DNA of 61,353 bases, the filler included, from Sphacelaria rigidula (lineage: Eukaryota), in assembly GCA_964200075.2 (NCBI GenBank). It is 11 parts of 11 records of this genome, joined end to end, with 100 filler letters (N's around TTAATTAATTAA, not from the genome) between each part and the next. Parts side by side here need not be neighbours in the genome. Positions count along the whole stretch, not along the records: positions 44,696 to 50,181 come from CAXNAA020026930.1; positions 50,282 to 55,767 come from CAXNAA020026931.1; positions 55,868 to 61,353 come from CAXNAA020026932.1; 8 more parts are not named here. One strand, written 5' to 3'. Under the pieces are notes generated by a model. It worked only from the letters and a program-made list of their open reading frames with translations. It searched no databases and had not been told where the DNA came from. This document shows, one piece after another, positions 47,897 to 61,284 of the stretch; position 1 is the first letter of the stretch; the number at the start of each line of letters is the position of its first letter. A program made the position numbers and the translations under genes.

Positions 47897-50100
47897 TGCC
47901 TGCGACGACGAGGTCGTCGACTGGGGGCACTCCACGGGGGTAGGAGCGCGGCGGCGCCCGTACTACACGGCGCACGCCCGGTAGATCGGGGTCGATTGGG
48001 GGTACTTCACGGGGGCGCAGCCACGGGGGCGCCCGCACTACCCGGCGCGCGCCCGGTAGATCGGGGTCGGGGCGTGCACCACCCAGGGCGCGGTCGGCCG
48101 CACCTCTACGCGGGGAGGGTCCGCTCACGGCAGCCGAGGCAGCCGCGTTGTGGTCGCGGCTCGAGGAGATGCAAGCCGAGCGCGATGCGGCCGCGGTGGA
48201 ACGCGACGAGGCCCGTGGCACGGTTTAACAGCTTCAGGCCCCGGAGGCAGACCGCGCCGCGGCAGAGCCACCACCGACGCCAGGGGACCGCCGTCGTGAG
48301 AACAAGGAATTTGACGCTGGCGAAGGACGGCCTGCGGTCCACGATTTGAAGCAGCCGCGTGTTTCAATCGCGTCGACCTCGCACGTCCAACAGGCTCGTG
48401 CGAAAGAAAGCATAAAAGCGTGGTACAACCCGACAATGATGGAGTTGTGGGTTTTGATCGGGGAGAGTTCGACCGTCAGCGGGTTGAAGACGGCGGAGAT
48501 GCAAGCGGTGTTGCATGAGATCGTCAAAGTTACCCCCGCCGTCATGGAACAACTAAACTCCATGAGTGGTTTTCGCGTGCGGCTGTATGTGGCGGAGAAC
48601 GACGACCCACGCGTCACCAGCACGTCGTTGCACGAGCACCTGGGGATACTGATCGGGGCCACCATGACGCTCCTCCTCTCCCTGGGTATCGAGTCGGACG
48701 ACGGACGCGTCCGTCTGGAGATTCTTCGCGAAGCCATGGAGGAGGGCGCTATGCTGTTGCGGGCACACTGCCGCAAATGGCCCGCCAAGATGTTGGACCC
48801 GGAGGTAAGCACCATGCTGGAGTCCCTCGTTGATGATGACCTGGGTCGGTGGTCTTCGAGCCTGTTTACTAGCGCCGTCGCATTCTAGCGGCAGCACCCA
48901 ACGCCTCCAAATGTCGAGGACATGCCTCCGGTGGTGACGCCGCAGTGGACTTTCCTGCGCAACTTCATTGATAGCGGGGGGCTACGGGGCATCTGCATCC
49001 GCACCTCTTCCCTACTGTCGCCAACCAAGCGTTCCCGCTGCGGAAATAACCAAATTCGTGACCGACACTGGTTCCTGGGGATGAAGAAAGGGGTATGCCG
49101 TCGCCGAAACTGCCCATGGGAGTACAACAAGAAAGCAAACCGTTGATCCAGCAACGGGGGCGACGGTCCCCGAGCTAGCGGCGGGGGAGGCGGCGGCGTT
49201 GGCAATGGTCGCGCCGGTGGCACTGGTCGCGCCGGTGGCGGCGGCTTGGAGACCGGGGGAACCAACAAATGCCCCAGCAACCAGAGCGCCGGGGGCGGCA
49301 CTGGTGGACGCGGCAATGGCGGTGGGGGCGGGGGCAGCGGCGGCGGTGGGGGCCGAAACTAGGGATGCGGGCCTCGCCTCGAGGCGGGGCCAACCTCGGA
49401 CCAGCACGCGGTTTCCGTGGAAGGCGAGCAGGCGGGAGGATCGAAGTCGGCCTTGAGCGAGCAACAAGGTATGGCTGGGGATGTGGAAGAATGTGCGGTA
49501 GCACTAAAAGGGTTAGCGCTCTCAGCCGATCCTCAATCAACCTATACAGCACTCCATAATATAGCAGCAAAAAGCCAACGTTTTTTGGAAGCAAAAAGTG
49601 GTTCGTTTAGCAGTATGCTTGAAACTCTGACTGTATTGCCCGTTCCCCGCGTTGATGTATCTCTGATATGGCGTTGGTTTGGCGAAGTGATGGAGTTTCC
49701 CGACGTAGATCTGTTGGTGCAGATTGTCAGTATCGGGGCACCGGTTGCGGTATGTGGGCGGGGGGATTTGGTTGCGGCGCTCCGATATGGAAACCATAGT
49801 TCTGTCAGACCATATTCTTCGGAAATTTTGGCAAAAATTGTGGAGGATGTGTTACTTGGGAGAGCATTTGTTTTTCCACGCCACGCAGCTGCTGCTATTC
49901 CGGGTCTTCGCGTATCACCTATGGCGGCCGCTGTCTCCCCGTCAAAGGTTCGCATTTGTCATGATTTGCCAAACGCTGTGTCTGGAAACAGTGTAAACGA
50001 AGGTACTGATACATCGGCGGTACCGGAATGTAAAATAGGACATGTGTTCCGCAATGTGGCGTGGCGAATTTTGTACCTTCACGGAAAATGTGTTGCCAAT
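47897..50100 (+). mobile_element. Ngaro/DIRS-like tyrosine-recombinase retrotransposon: disrupted gag-like ORF and RT N-terminus
   Basis: ORF from 49417: YGNHSSV…IVEDVLLGRAFVF…LRVSPMAAAVSPSKVRICHDL…SVNEGTD, matching the NHxS/SP/RxxHDL/SVN pattern of YR-element RTs. Upstream GC-rich ORF1 has a CRRRNCPWE(Y) zinc-finger remnant. Confidence 0.72.
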
Positions 50101-51617
50101 TTCGACCCAACCCCCCCCCCCCACCCCCCCCCCCCACCCCCCCCACCACCACACACAACGAGCGCCCAGACCGCCAAAGAANNNNNNNNNNNNNNNNNNN
50201 NNNNNNNNNNNNNNNNNNNNNNNNNTTAATTAATTAANNNNNNNNNNNNNNNNNNNNNNNNNNNNNNNNNNNNNNNNNNNNCCCCATCGGGGGTCCGCCC
50301 CTACAAAGCCGGGACGGAGCACGCCGGGTTCTCGCCGGACCAGGCGGGACCGCCGGAGGGGGGGGGGGGAGAGGTACAGGGGTCTCGGAGGTGTTTTTTG
50401 GGGTACTCCCGGTATGAACCATATATTTCCAATGATGGGACACCATCGGAACAGAAACAAATGATACCAACCATGGACATGATACCCCCGATCGACTCTT
50501 GCTTTCCTGGCGTCGGGTTCAGGCGGCGTCTTATCAAAAGTCAATATCACTTTTCAAAAAATCACTTTTGCAAAAGTGATTTTGTGACACCTCGAACGGG
50601 AACATACAACATCCCGTTGACGGGGGCATAACCGAAGTCTTGACAGACAAGTCAACACAATCAAACGTGAACCTGAGGATTGCATCAGCCTCTCAAACCA
50701 AAACACACCGCTCCATTCATTGATGCTCATCAGCTGAGCACGCTGTGCGTGACCTTGTTCAAATCGGTTCAGAATTCAGTGAGAAATGATGATTTGCGTG
50801 AGACGCGCGCACAGCAGACGCTCAAAAACAGTCAGCAACAGCACGTTTTGGGTTGCTAGTTGACACGCAAGCGGCCGCCTTTCATCTAATACTGGACGGA
50901 TTTCCGTCAAACAAAGGCTGTCGTGTGTAGATGATCAAGAGCTAGCGCTTGAGCTAATGCGTGTGAGTGGTGAATATCTATCCGTCTGTTTTCGTAGCTA
51001 GGTGTGCCGGCGCTGTGTTACCTCTTTGCAGTACAGACATTTTGGACTAACGGTCAATTCCAGAACCGCCGGATTTTTTTCCTGTGCGCAGATCGGGGCT
51101 TCGATCTGAACAAAACTGCCTATCGATAAGACGCCGCCTCCACGTGTCCGTGCGCACCTACGTTCGCGCACAGGACTGTACACTGGCATGCGCCATCAAA
51201 TCAAGAGGCGGTCAAGATGCACTACAACAACAGTAGAAGTGCCTCATACCTGTGGAGTGCATGATGCCCACAAGCGGTCCGCGCACGCGATTGCCGAGGC
51301 CGTGCCTTCCCCGTGTGGGATCCATCACATCTCGCGCTTGCGTCACCTGCGGTAAAACAGTACGGGCCGTTGTTGGGATGAGAGTCGATACAATCTGTGA
51401 CATGGAATAACACCCCTCAAGTTCATCAGCTTTGAGATGCCCCTTCGAGCCTTGTGCGAGGCGGTGATATCGTTTCAGTCATACTTTGCCACCGGGGCCT
51501 TTTTCATATCCCGGAGAAGGATATGGGCGCGTAGATGGAAGCACACGATAGCATTGCAGAGTACAAACAGCACACACAAAAGTACAGACCCACCAAGTAA
51601 TTTATCTCGAAAACATT

Positions 51618-51663
<46 letters not shown>

Positions 51664-51835
51664 TCCCCCTGGGGGCGGGGGGCGGGGGGGAGAGGCACAC
51701 CACACCAACAAAGAAGCAAAAAAGANNNNNNNNNNCGACGACATTCAAAAGACCAAAACACCACCCCACCAACCCACCCCCCCCAAGACTTTTATCTCCC
51801 AAACCTCTCCCCCCCCCCCCCCCCCCACACACACA

Positions 51836-52615
51836 CACCTCTAGACTCTTGCGTTAGCGTCGAGTGGCAACGGTGCTGTGAAACAAGCCACCAAGACCTA
51901 GACATGAAATGCACTGACTATCACCGTACATATTCCAGGGACCGTCACCGGACAAAGAAAGTCCCGGACCGAGAGACACAACAGACACGCAAAAACCTGA
52001 GTAGCCCGATTTGTTTCCCCTCAGAAACACACAAAATGGATATATACGTGATATACCAACTTTTTTTTTTCCGACACCATATCACAGCCCGGACATAGGC
52101 ATGAAAATAAAAAGGCTAACTCTCTTTTTGATTCAACCTACCATAAGACAGCCCGGACATGGACATGAAATTGAGAAGCTGGCCCTACTTTTCTTGAACC
52201 TACCATAAGACAGCCCGGACATAGATATAAAAATGAAGAGGCTAATCCTCCTTTTTCTTGAACCTACCATAATAACACAACCCGGACATAGATATGAATC
52301 AAAAGCCGACCCTACTTTTTCTTCAACCCACCATAGCACAGCCCGGACATGGACAAGAAATGGAGAAGCTGACCCTGCTTTTTCTTTGACTTACCACAAC
52401 ACAGCCCGGACATAGACATGAAATAGAGAAGCCAACCCTGCTTTTTCTTCGATCTACCATAACACGGCCCGGACATGGACATGAAAGAGATAAGCTGACC
52501 CTCTTTTTTATTGAACCTACCATAACACGGCCCGGACATGGACATGAAATAGAGAAGCTGACCCTCCTTTCATTTGACCTACCGTAGCACAACCCGAACA
52601 TAGACGTGGAATAGT
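51836..52615 (+). repeat. Unique flank plus ~63-bp minisatellite (about 9 units)
   Basis: CCCGGACAT at 52088, 52152, 52214, 52281, 52342, 52405, 52468 and 52531; variant CCCGAACAT at 52593. Confidence 0.9.
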
Positions 52616-52899
52616 GAAAAAAACATATCTACTTCCCCATATCAAGTCCGAAAACAGCCGAGATTCTCCGCCATATCATAACAAAGGGAAGTAAAGAATA
52701 AAAGCCAAAACCTAGACATGTAAGTAATAGCGTGAAGGTTGACTACCTTACATGCATATGGAATATACAAAAGATAGAGCAAGTACGGGCAGGGTAGGGT
52801 CATCACCCCCTCCATATCAAAGTCACATGGAGGTCGGGATCTCGTGGTGAGATACCCATAAAACCTCACCAGTTTTCATTGGGCGGTGGAAGTCTGGGC

Positions 52900-55705
52900 A
52901 GTCATTTCCAGAAATTTCCGACATTAGGTGCACAAGGCGCCCAACGGAGGGAAGGGGTGGATAAAGCGTGACGTGAACGTCAAGATCTACTGCACTCATG
53001 AAAGAATCACCTTACCGATGACCGACCACATGACCTACGAGAAGGAGCACCAAGCGGTAGGTAGGCTTTTTGAGATCTTGAAGGATAAAAGCTGGTACAA
53101 AGTGCGGGGGAATCGATGGCCAAGCTTTCGGTAGCGAAGGTATACCCGGAAGCATCAGTGGAGTAGCGACCCATGGAGAACCGTACACGGAGTGGGAAAA
53201 GTGATGTACGGGACATCCCGATGTGAGTGAGGCCTTGTGTTACGCAAGCTGCTCTTGAACCTTATACCTGTACGGTGAAAATGACCTCCTTGGAGGAAAG
53301 CAGCCAGTACAGCAGCGGGGCAAGAAGACAGCAGATACGATCATGGGACGCCTGGATGGTTCACCATGAAGATTCCCTGGCACAAACGTGGGGTAATTGT
53401 GTCAAAGGAGTTGAACTTGGCTTCAGGCTACGAGCCCTTGCTGGAGGCATTATTTAGTGTCGGTGAGCCAGCAAAAGAACTGAAAGACACCAGACCCCAA
53501 CGAGTTCTAGGATTGGGATGTCCAAGTACGCTGATTACATCTCACCGATACAAATGAAACGAATAAGCTGGAGATTCTCTCGAAAGAGATCGAGAGAGAG
53601 ACGGTAAGGAAGGGCGGGTGGAGAAGTAAAGAGTGGACGAGTAAAGCACTAGTATTGCTGGTATTCGGAGTTTGTATCGATGTGACAAGAGTAGAGTTTG
53701 AAAGGAAATGTCATGCAGTTGAATTATACTGTTTGGTAAGAGGAAAAGTAGAAAGGGAGGGAGAACATTTCCGAGCCACGCTAAAACAGGGCGCGAGCAA
53801 GGAGTGAGAAAGGGTACAGACAACTGAGGTGCCGGCATGGGTTAGAAGAATAGGGTGGAGAGTATGCATAGCTAACGGAATAACAAACCTAAAGCTTAGT
53901 GCATGGGTAAACGGAGGGGGAGAGAGGCAGGAACAGGTAAGTGTCCAGAAGGGGAAGGGGGGGGGACATAGCGGCCCGAAACAAACAGATAAAGACCAAC
54001 GCAGAAACGGGGAGAACAGCCAAGCGAGGGAAAGTAAAAGTAAAAGCGACGGAGAGAGAACAATAGACAACACGAGAGCATACAATGATTCGGAAAGGAA
54101 GTTAAGGATAGGATCGTGAAACGTGCGTGGATTCGTCACAGACAAGCGCAAAAGAGAAGAGGTAGCGCAACAAGCGAGTAAACACGACCTAGATATAGTA
54201 GGAATCCAAGAGTCATGGGAGAAAAAGAGGGGGCGGAAATAGGATGCAAAGTCGAAGAGTACGTATGGATAGGGAGTAAGCGGAAGGGACAGAAGTCCAA
54301 GAGCAGGGGAGCGGGGGGAGTAGGATACTTGGTCAAGGAGTATCTGTGCGACAGTATAGAGGTGATCGACGACACGAAATTCGACGAGAGCATATGGCTA
54401 AGGGTATCAGGAGAACGGGGAAAGAAGGACTTCTTCGTAGGTAACATCTACATGCCCCCAGAATCGAAGAGTAAGGTGAACGATATGCAACGGAGGTTCG
54501 GAGAGATAGCAGCAGATCTACATGAGTACAAAAGGCAAGGAGGAGTAATGTCAGTGGGAGATTTTGATGCAAGAGTAGGAAGAGCAGGTCAACCGGATGA
54601 TATCATCGGGCAATACGGGGAAGGTGAGAAAAACATGAATGGGGTAGAAATGCTCAAGTTCCTCGAGCACAACGAGATGAAGACGCTGAACGATAGAGCA
54701 CGAAAGCCAGAGGCGCAATGGACATGGACTAGGATATACAACGGCGAGATAAAACGTTCCGTTCTTGACTATATAGTGGTAGAGCATGGGAACAGTGCAG
54801 AAATGGAAGTATTCGTCTGCGCGGAGGACGTGGGAACCACAGATCATTGCCTAATATGAACAGAAAGCCAGCCGACGAGAGCTAAAAGAAATCGGTGGGG
54901 TAGGAAGATGTACAAATGGAGAATCGATGAACTAGGTATGGAAGAAAGACGGCGAGAGTTGCAAGAAGAAGTGGAAAAAAATGCAGTGAAATTTCCCGAG
55001 CTGTTGGAATGCGTAGGTACAATTAATTCCCAAATGGAAAGAATCGGGGAGGAGCGAAGATCATAGAAGGATGGGAGCAGTTGGTCAAGCACACAGCGAG
55101 TAAAGGCAAAGGGAGGAAGCTGATCGTATGCAACAGAGCAGTAAAATGGTGGGATGAGGAAGTGGAGGAGGCTATAAGAGTAAGGAGAGAGGCCCACGCG
55201 AGATGGATGTCGAGAAAAACTGCGGTAGGATGGGAGGGGTATACTAAAGCTCGAAAGGAAGTAAAAAATATGGTACACCAGAAAAAGAAGGTAGCTTGAG
55301 GAGGTGTAGTGGAAAAACAAAAGAAGATTTCGACGGCGGGATGAAACAAATGTGCGCAGGGATAAGAGGGATAACGAGAAATCAGGGAGAAAAGATGGAC
55401 AAGGGGATAGCTACACTTCGGGCACAAAACGATAAAATGGTCAGTAGTTCGNNNNNNNNNNGTGCTAGTCGAGCACTACCGTAAACTGAGAACACCAGAA
55501 ACAACGACGGAGTTCGACGAGAATTCGAAAAATAAATCAACGCGTTGGCAGAGGCAAATGTAGAAACGTCGAAATGGGAGGATAGAGGGTCGACAGAATT
55601 GCCGAGAGAGTTCACTAGAGATGAAGTAAAGGAGCGCGCAGCTAAATTCAAGAACAGAAAGGCAGCAGGGGCAGACAGAATAGTGAATGAATTTCTGAAG
55701 TACGG
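52900..55705 (+). mobile_element. Degenerate APE-type LINE: ORF1 remnant, endonuclease and start of RT
   Basis: LRIGS*NVRG…DIVGIQESW; GGVGYLV…FFVGNIYMPP…VGDFDAR…NMNG…SVLDYI…GTTDHCLI; VKWWDEEV; KNRKAAGADRIVNEFLKYGG. Confidence 0.88.
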
Positions 55706-56970
55706 GGGGGGGGGGGGAATTATTTGTTGATTGCCTTTGTGAATTTGAAATTGAACACGCCAACAGTNNNNNNNNNNNNNNNNNNNNNNNNNNNNNNNNN
55801 NNNNNNNNNNNTTAATTAATTAANNNNNNNNNNNNNNNNNNNNNNNNNNNNNNNNNNNNNNNNNNNNACGGCAATGGCTATCGATATATACAACCCAGAA
55901 TCTATTGCGGTACACCATTTCCATCGATGACGAGTGATCTTCATATGTTGTAATTGCCAGAGACTATCGATCGACTATTGCAACATCTATTATTCCTTGC
56001 AATGCATATCAATAGATGTCTTTCACCATCTATCGTGTTCGATAATATATATCGATAGATTTTTCCCCGTGTCTATTGCTGAATCAATGAACTATTGTTG
56101 TGTCCATTGTCCAGGGTGTCCAACATTCCCGGGGATGCGAAGAAAGGTAAAAAAAAAAAACGTGGAGCGATTTGAAGTTTCTGCAAAGACTAGAAACGTT
56201 CTACGAGTATAACTCTCTGAAAATGATTAAATATGGGGGCATCTCAACTGTAGTTGTGTGTTCTTGTGTGGAGGAGATCCGTGTGCAATTTCGGCCAAAA
56301 ATCCCAGAAACTTGGCGCAGCATCCAACCTTTCGTGTGGCACGGCTGCGCTCCTTTGACCCAAGTGATGCAGTTGACTCCAGTTATGGAGGTCAGGAGAT
56401 CGAATCCCGACGGATTCCTTTTTTTTGTTCCGTCGGTAAGGTTGTAAATTATGCAGTTCATTTTTTTTCATTTTTTTCATTCAGCGGCGGTCCCGTGCGT
56501 TGCCACGTTGGTCTGCAGGTCACACCGATATACTCAAGTCGGGCTGGTAAACTTGATCATTTAAAGGTGTGACATGCAAATGCCGGATTTACTGCTTGCC
56601 CAGCTGATTGACGAAACTGAGTGAGCTCTTCCTCGATTTGAAAACCTACTTTTGAAATTGATGTGGTTGACTTGATTTGTGGATGAATGGTTGATCGATG
56701 GATTGATTGGTTGTCGCACATTCAGTGATCCCCGTGGGATGTATAGTAGTCGTGGTCATTGTCCAGAATAGAGAGGTAGTCAAGGTAGGCAACACGAAAA
56801 CAGTCGCTGAGAAAAGTGAAAAATACGCAGAGATAGAATAAACAGAGCAGCCGAAGACGGAAATAAAAAACCCGTAAGAACCAGAAATGGGCCGGCGCGT
56901 AAATGTTCGTGTTGCAATTGAAGTCATGGCATCCAACATTCACCCACATGTGCACAATATTCAACTACAG

Positions 56971-57147
56971 GGCTCTTCGTTTGGACTTATCCCCGGAGGA
57001 TTCCAAGAGGCGGCGATTTCGAAACTCGGGACCGATCGGATCTGGATTAGGAAAAGAAAAGGCTTCGTGAAATACGCTCTGCAGTACGGGTACCGGCTGC
57101 GGCCGGTGTTTACATACGGGGAGTGCAATGCCTACTGGAATATTCAG
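56971..57147 (+). CDS. Diacylglycerol/monoacylglycerol acyltransferase (DGAT2/MOGAT family), internal exon
   Basis: Acceptor CTACAG; GSSFGLIPGGFQEAAISKLGTDRIWIRKRKGFVKYALQYGYRLRPVFTYGECNAYWNIQ; donor GTGTG; 177 nt. GGxxE, RKGF and PxxxYGE motifs are present. Confidence 0.88.
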
Positions 57148-57778
57148 GTGTGTTTTGTTTTTTCATGTTGAGCGTTGGGCATGGGGCGTATGTGTGAAGT
57201 TGCGTTCGGAGGGTCTTCATTATTACCCCGCCTGTTTTTCACCAGAATCTCCGATTTTTTTCCCGGGTAAAAGCAACAAAAATATACGTGTGAGAATTGA
57301 TTGTGAGAGCAAATTTCTTGGCCAGATCAGGAAGGATATCAATTCAAGACTGACAATATATCTTCTCTAAAATCTGGCATCGGATTTTTTTCTTTAAACA
57401 ACTTGTTTTAGGAAGAAGTGAAAAAAAATACAATTTTTCGGAAAGAGTAGAAAGAAATCTGAAATATGTATATCTCGTTTACAAGACCCCTTAGAGATGG
57501 ATTCCTAACCGTACTCGACGGGTGCAATCCGGATTTTCCAAATTCGCGGATATGGGTAGTGAGGATACAGCAAAAGTATGAGCAATAAGTTGCCGCCACG
57601 CCAACATCTGGTGTGACGTGATATGCAGTACTGTAGAAGTCGTTCAGCCGACGGTAGGGTCATATCATGCGGGTCTAAGGCCAGGCCACTTCATCCGTGT
57701 ACAATATATAAACATGGTTGAAAATTACTTCTTTGGTCCCCCTGCGTCGTTTTACGCACCATAAGAGGGCTAGGCGGA

Positions 57779-58560
57779 TGTTGATTTGATCTGATCTGAT
57801 TTGATTTGATTGATTGATTGATTGTCGCACTCTAACTGACCCCCCAAGGGTCCAGCCGTGGTCGCATGACAGACGTACCCAACAAAACCGAGACTGAAAC
57901 ACTCGCTGAAAAAAACAAGGAACAGAAAAAAAGTCGAACAGAACGACATAGTAGAGTAAGACGTCAAAAAAAAAAAAAATGATTTCAAAAAGTCAACAAA
58001 AGTAAAGCAGAGAGAGAAATGGCCGACCTGAAACAAAAAGGAAATGAAGAGGAAAGAAAGGAGCACATGAAATGAAATGAAATAAATTAAATTAAAATAA
58101 AATAAAATAAAAGAATGAAGAAAAAGGGAGAAGCCCAAGAGATCAGGGCAGCAGAGCAGATACAGACATACACCAGTGGGCACCGCAGAGCCACCGACTG
58201 AGGACATGATCAACAACCGATATGAGCAGACAGGAATCTTCGATTAGCAGCCCTCGACGCAGCAGCCTCTCGCTTGTGACGGCGGTCTGATTCCCGCTTG
58301 TCCGCGCGTCGCCACGTGTCCTCAAACTCTTCCTCTCCTCTTTCGACTCCAATATGCCATTTGCCCATGTTCTTCGCCGCGGTGACCCAATCGTATGCAT
58401 CGTTAACCTTTACGCCGTAGACGAACCACTTCCGTCGGGCTCCTTTGTGCGGGACAGCCCCTAGCGCACGTAGGTTCTCCTGTACGGTATTCTCCTGTTG
58501 CTTGAGGGGGCTGCCGACCTCGTTGGGTCGTCGTGTGGGAAGCCGACCGTTCATGACGCG
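57779..58560 (-). mobile_element. 5'-truncated RTE-like LINE with (TCAA)n/(TCAGA)n tail
   Basis: ENLRALGAV…DWVTAAKNMGKWHIGVERGEEEFEDTWRR; pyrimidine-rich UTR; microsatellite tail at 57779-57823. Confidence 0.8.
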
Positions 58561-58742
58561 CTTGGGAAGGCGTGTGTCCTTCTGCCGGACAAGTTGACAC
58601 CTTGGAATGACTCGCTAGTCTCGTGGAGACGGTTTCAGGACACCTTCACGTCCGGTGGTCGCATTTCTTGTTTTGTTTTACCAACCTTGTATTCTTGGAC
58701 AAACGGTCAAATCCACAAAGTAACGACAAAGAGGGAGAGGGT

Positions 58743-59058
58743 GTATTCATCATATGCATACAACAGACACAAGGCCATTGAGCTCGCATCCCTACAAAGC
58801 CGGGACGGAGCACGCCGTGGTGTGTTCGGCGAGTCGCGTGAAGGGTGAGCTGCATCGTGCTAAGATTGCTCGGCCCAAAGCCTACTGATTATCTTGCATT
58901 TGGATGGCAGCCTACAATGAGTTGCTTTATTTTCTGGCATCGCCACTTCCAGAGACAGCCACGGCTTCTACACTGCCTCATGGGTGTCTCGCCATTTGGA
59001 CACGACTTGGTACGATCATCCCTATTGTGCGGAGTGGGGGTTCTCCCGCGCCCCACAA
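58743..59058 (-). mobile_element. 5'-truncated GAGTAC-tail SINE copy flanked by G-tracts
   Basis: Flanks GAGGGAGAGGGT and GGGAGGGGGGAG(G)nT. Confidence 0.82.
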
Positions 59059-59915
59059 CAGGGAGGGGGGAGGGGGGGGGGGTAGTGTTTGCAGATGGTG
59101 AAGGGCGGCTCAGCCAAGGCGCAGGAATCATCGACGTCGTTGACGGTTCGCCGCTGAAAGAAATTCGAACTGAAGCTTCGGGCATTAGTGGGCGCTTCAC
59201 GGTTGTACCCCCCCCCCCCTCCCCCGCGCTGCTGGGCTTGTGGGATCCTTACTGCTGGAAAATGTTGTACATTATTAGATTTTTTGGAGAACGTTCAGCA
59301 TTGGCGTCCATGCACTGAGCTCGAAATGACTGCCTCGCCCTTGAAAGGACCGGTGAGAATAATTGCCAGCAGTACCGCGTATCAGGACACCAAACGCAGT
59401 GCTATCGGCACTGTGAAGAAAAAAAATATCATTTTCTGCCGAAGGAATGCCCAAGACTATAATACATAATTGGAGCCCTCACATATAAGGGTGCGGTACT
59501 GTACATATTATATACTCGGAGTATAACTGATATTGCCTTATACGCATTTGCCCGGAGTGCATAACGTGTCCTCTTCTCGTAGGGGCACGGGTGTCCAGTA
59601 TGTGCTTGTGTATTGCTCACTCTTGTTTCTTTTTTGTTATCAATTCAAGCAACAACATAACCCTCAGTCCAAGCACCACACAAAAATATTTTCTACAGGC
59701 CAAAATTTGGTAGGGGGGGCGAGCGGGTACTTTCAATCGCAGTAGTTAGGCTGTCAGGCGTAGTCAGGCTTCTGAAAAAATAGATGATCCATGCGTTGAG
59801 TGCGTTCCTGGGTTCGGAGCTAGGATTAACACTGCTTTTGATATATTGGTACGAGTTGACCGCGAGTCAGAGAGACCGGATATATGTGGTGATTAAACAC
59901 AAACCAGTGAGGTGG

Positions 59916-60024
59916 TTGACCATTTGACCGCGAGGGTAGGTCATCTGCGGAATCGGCATCAATTTCACCTGAAAAAAGTATGTGTGATCCAGATGGACTA
60001 CCCGCACCGCGGTCTAAGCGTTAA
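59916..60024 (+). mobile_element. piggyBac-like MITE
   Basis: TTGA-CCATTTGACCGCG…CGCGGTCTAAGCG-TTAA. Confidence 0.65.
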
Positions 60025-61284
60025 GCTTTGGAGTTTCCCGGAGATCGCGTTGAACGCTCTAGAAGGAGTGCAGGGAGAGATCAGCACATCACACCAGATG
60101 TTGCTGTACGTCGGCTCACTTGTACGGCTAAATCAGCGGTTTGTAGAGGCCTTCGTGCTGTGTTTATATTGGCTTTTGGCCGATCTGTAAAAACGTTTCT
60201 CCGTCGGCATAAAAAGGGGGGTGAGACGAGGGGCCCCATATCGGGAAATTCATTCACCACCCCCTCTTTCGCCGCACGAACCTCATTTTGGGATTGAAGG
60301 AGGGAGGGGGAGTACCCGATTTCATGGGAGGGGTACCCCCCCCCCTAATCGCCGGATGATGACGATAAGAGTTGCTGTACTGCACTACACGTGTTTGCCG
60401 GTAACGTCGGCCTGTGCCGGGTGTACCGAAACGGTAGGTGGTGAGAGTAAGTCAAAGTAAGCAGAGAACAACATGCCCGCAGAAGCAGGGAGTAAAGATC
60501 GAAGCGCTCGGGGTACCGGTGCTGGAAATGTGCCGCAGGTTCTAGAAGTCTAGCAAGGGGTCAACGTGAAGTGGGCGCGCACGCCTGGCACCCGGGAGTT
60601 TACATGGATCTGCCCTTGCGGGCATAACAATATCAACATCACGTTGATTACATTTCATGACTGCCGCGACCTCGATGTTGGATATTCTTTTTCGCAACAC
60701 CACGTCCACAACATTCCCCTTTGCAACCTCTCCCTCTCTTGTGTCGCAGTGCAGTATCAATTGCGATGTGTAGATATACGCGTTGTATGAACACGGCTGT
60801 CCGCCCAGACGCGGGCAAGGTACGTTTTTATCTGCAACTAATACATTGTGCACGTCTATAATGTCAGAATATTTTCGTGTCAGCTGGTATCACCGCACAG
60901 TCAACTGTATGTACATTTCAGTCATTCAGTAGCAGTACAGAACTGCTCGTCGTACACCCCCCTTCTTAGCATGGTCATCGTATCACTGCAATAGTGCTAG
61001 GTCGGTATAAAAACGGTCTTGTAAAAACCAGGGGGACTCAATATTCACTATCCAGTGATCGCCGCGACCCAAAAGTCATTTTCCAGCCGGCAAAATTGCT
61101 CCCCGATCGCCACAAGAACAACTGACACACCAAAACTCCACGCTTTTGGGGTGCTGACGTTGAGGCGAACCCGGAGATATCTAACTGATCGTTCAATTCA
61201 GTATACTAGTAGAGGAATAGGAAGAACAAGGTTTTTCCCGAATTGATTTGGCATTTTCCTTATTCTCGACCGCGGGTAGGGGGT

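Noticed and set aside
51619..51830. Poly-Pro and poly-Gly ORFs
   Set aside because: Homopolymer C-runs with degraded sequence around an N gap.
52080..52615. CRISPR-like array
   Set aside because: Whole 63-bp units are homologous with no unique spacers; no cas genes; eukaryotic context.
17745..57147. Functional cluster of dynein, EsV-1-7, helical-rod and DGAT2 genes
   Set aside because: Each gene lies on a different unlinked scaffold.
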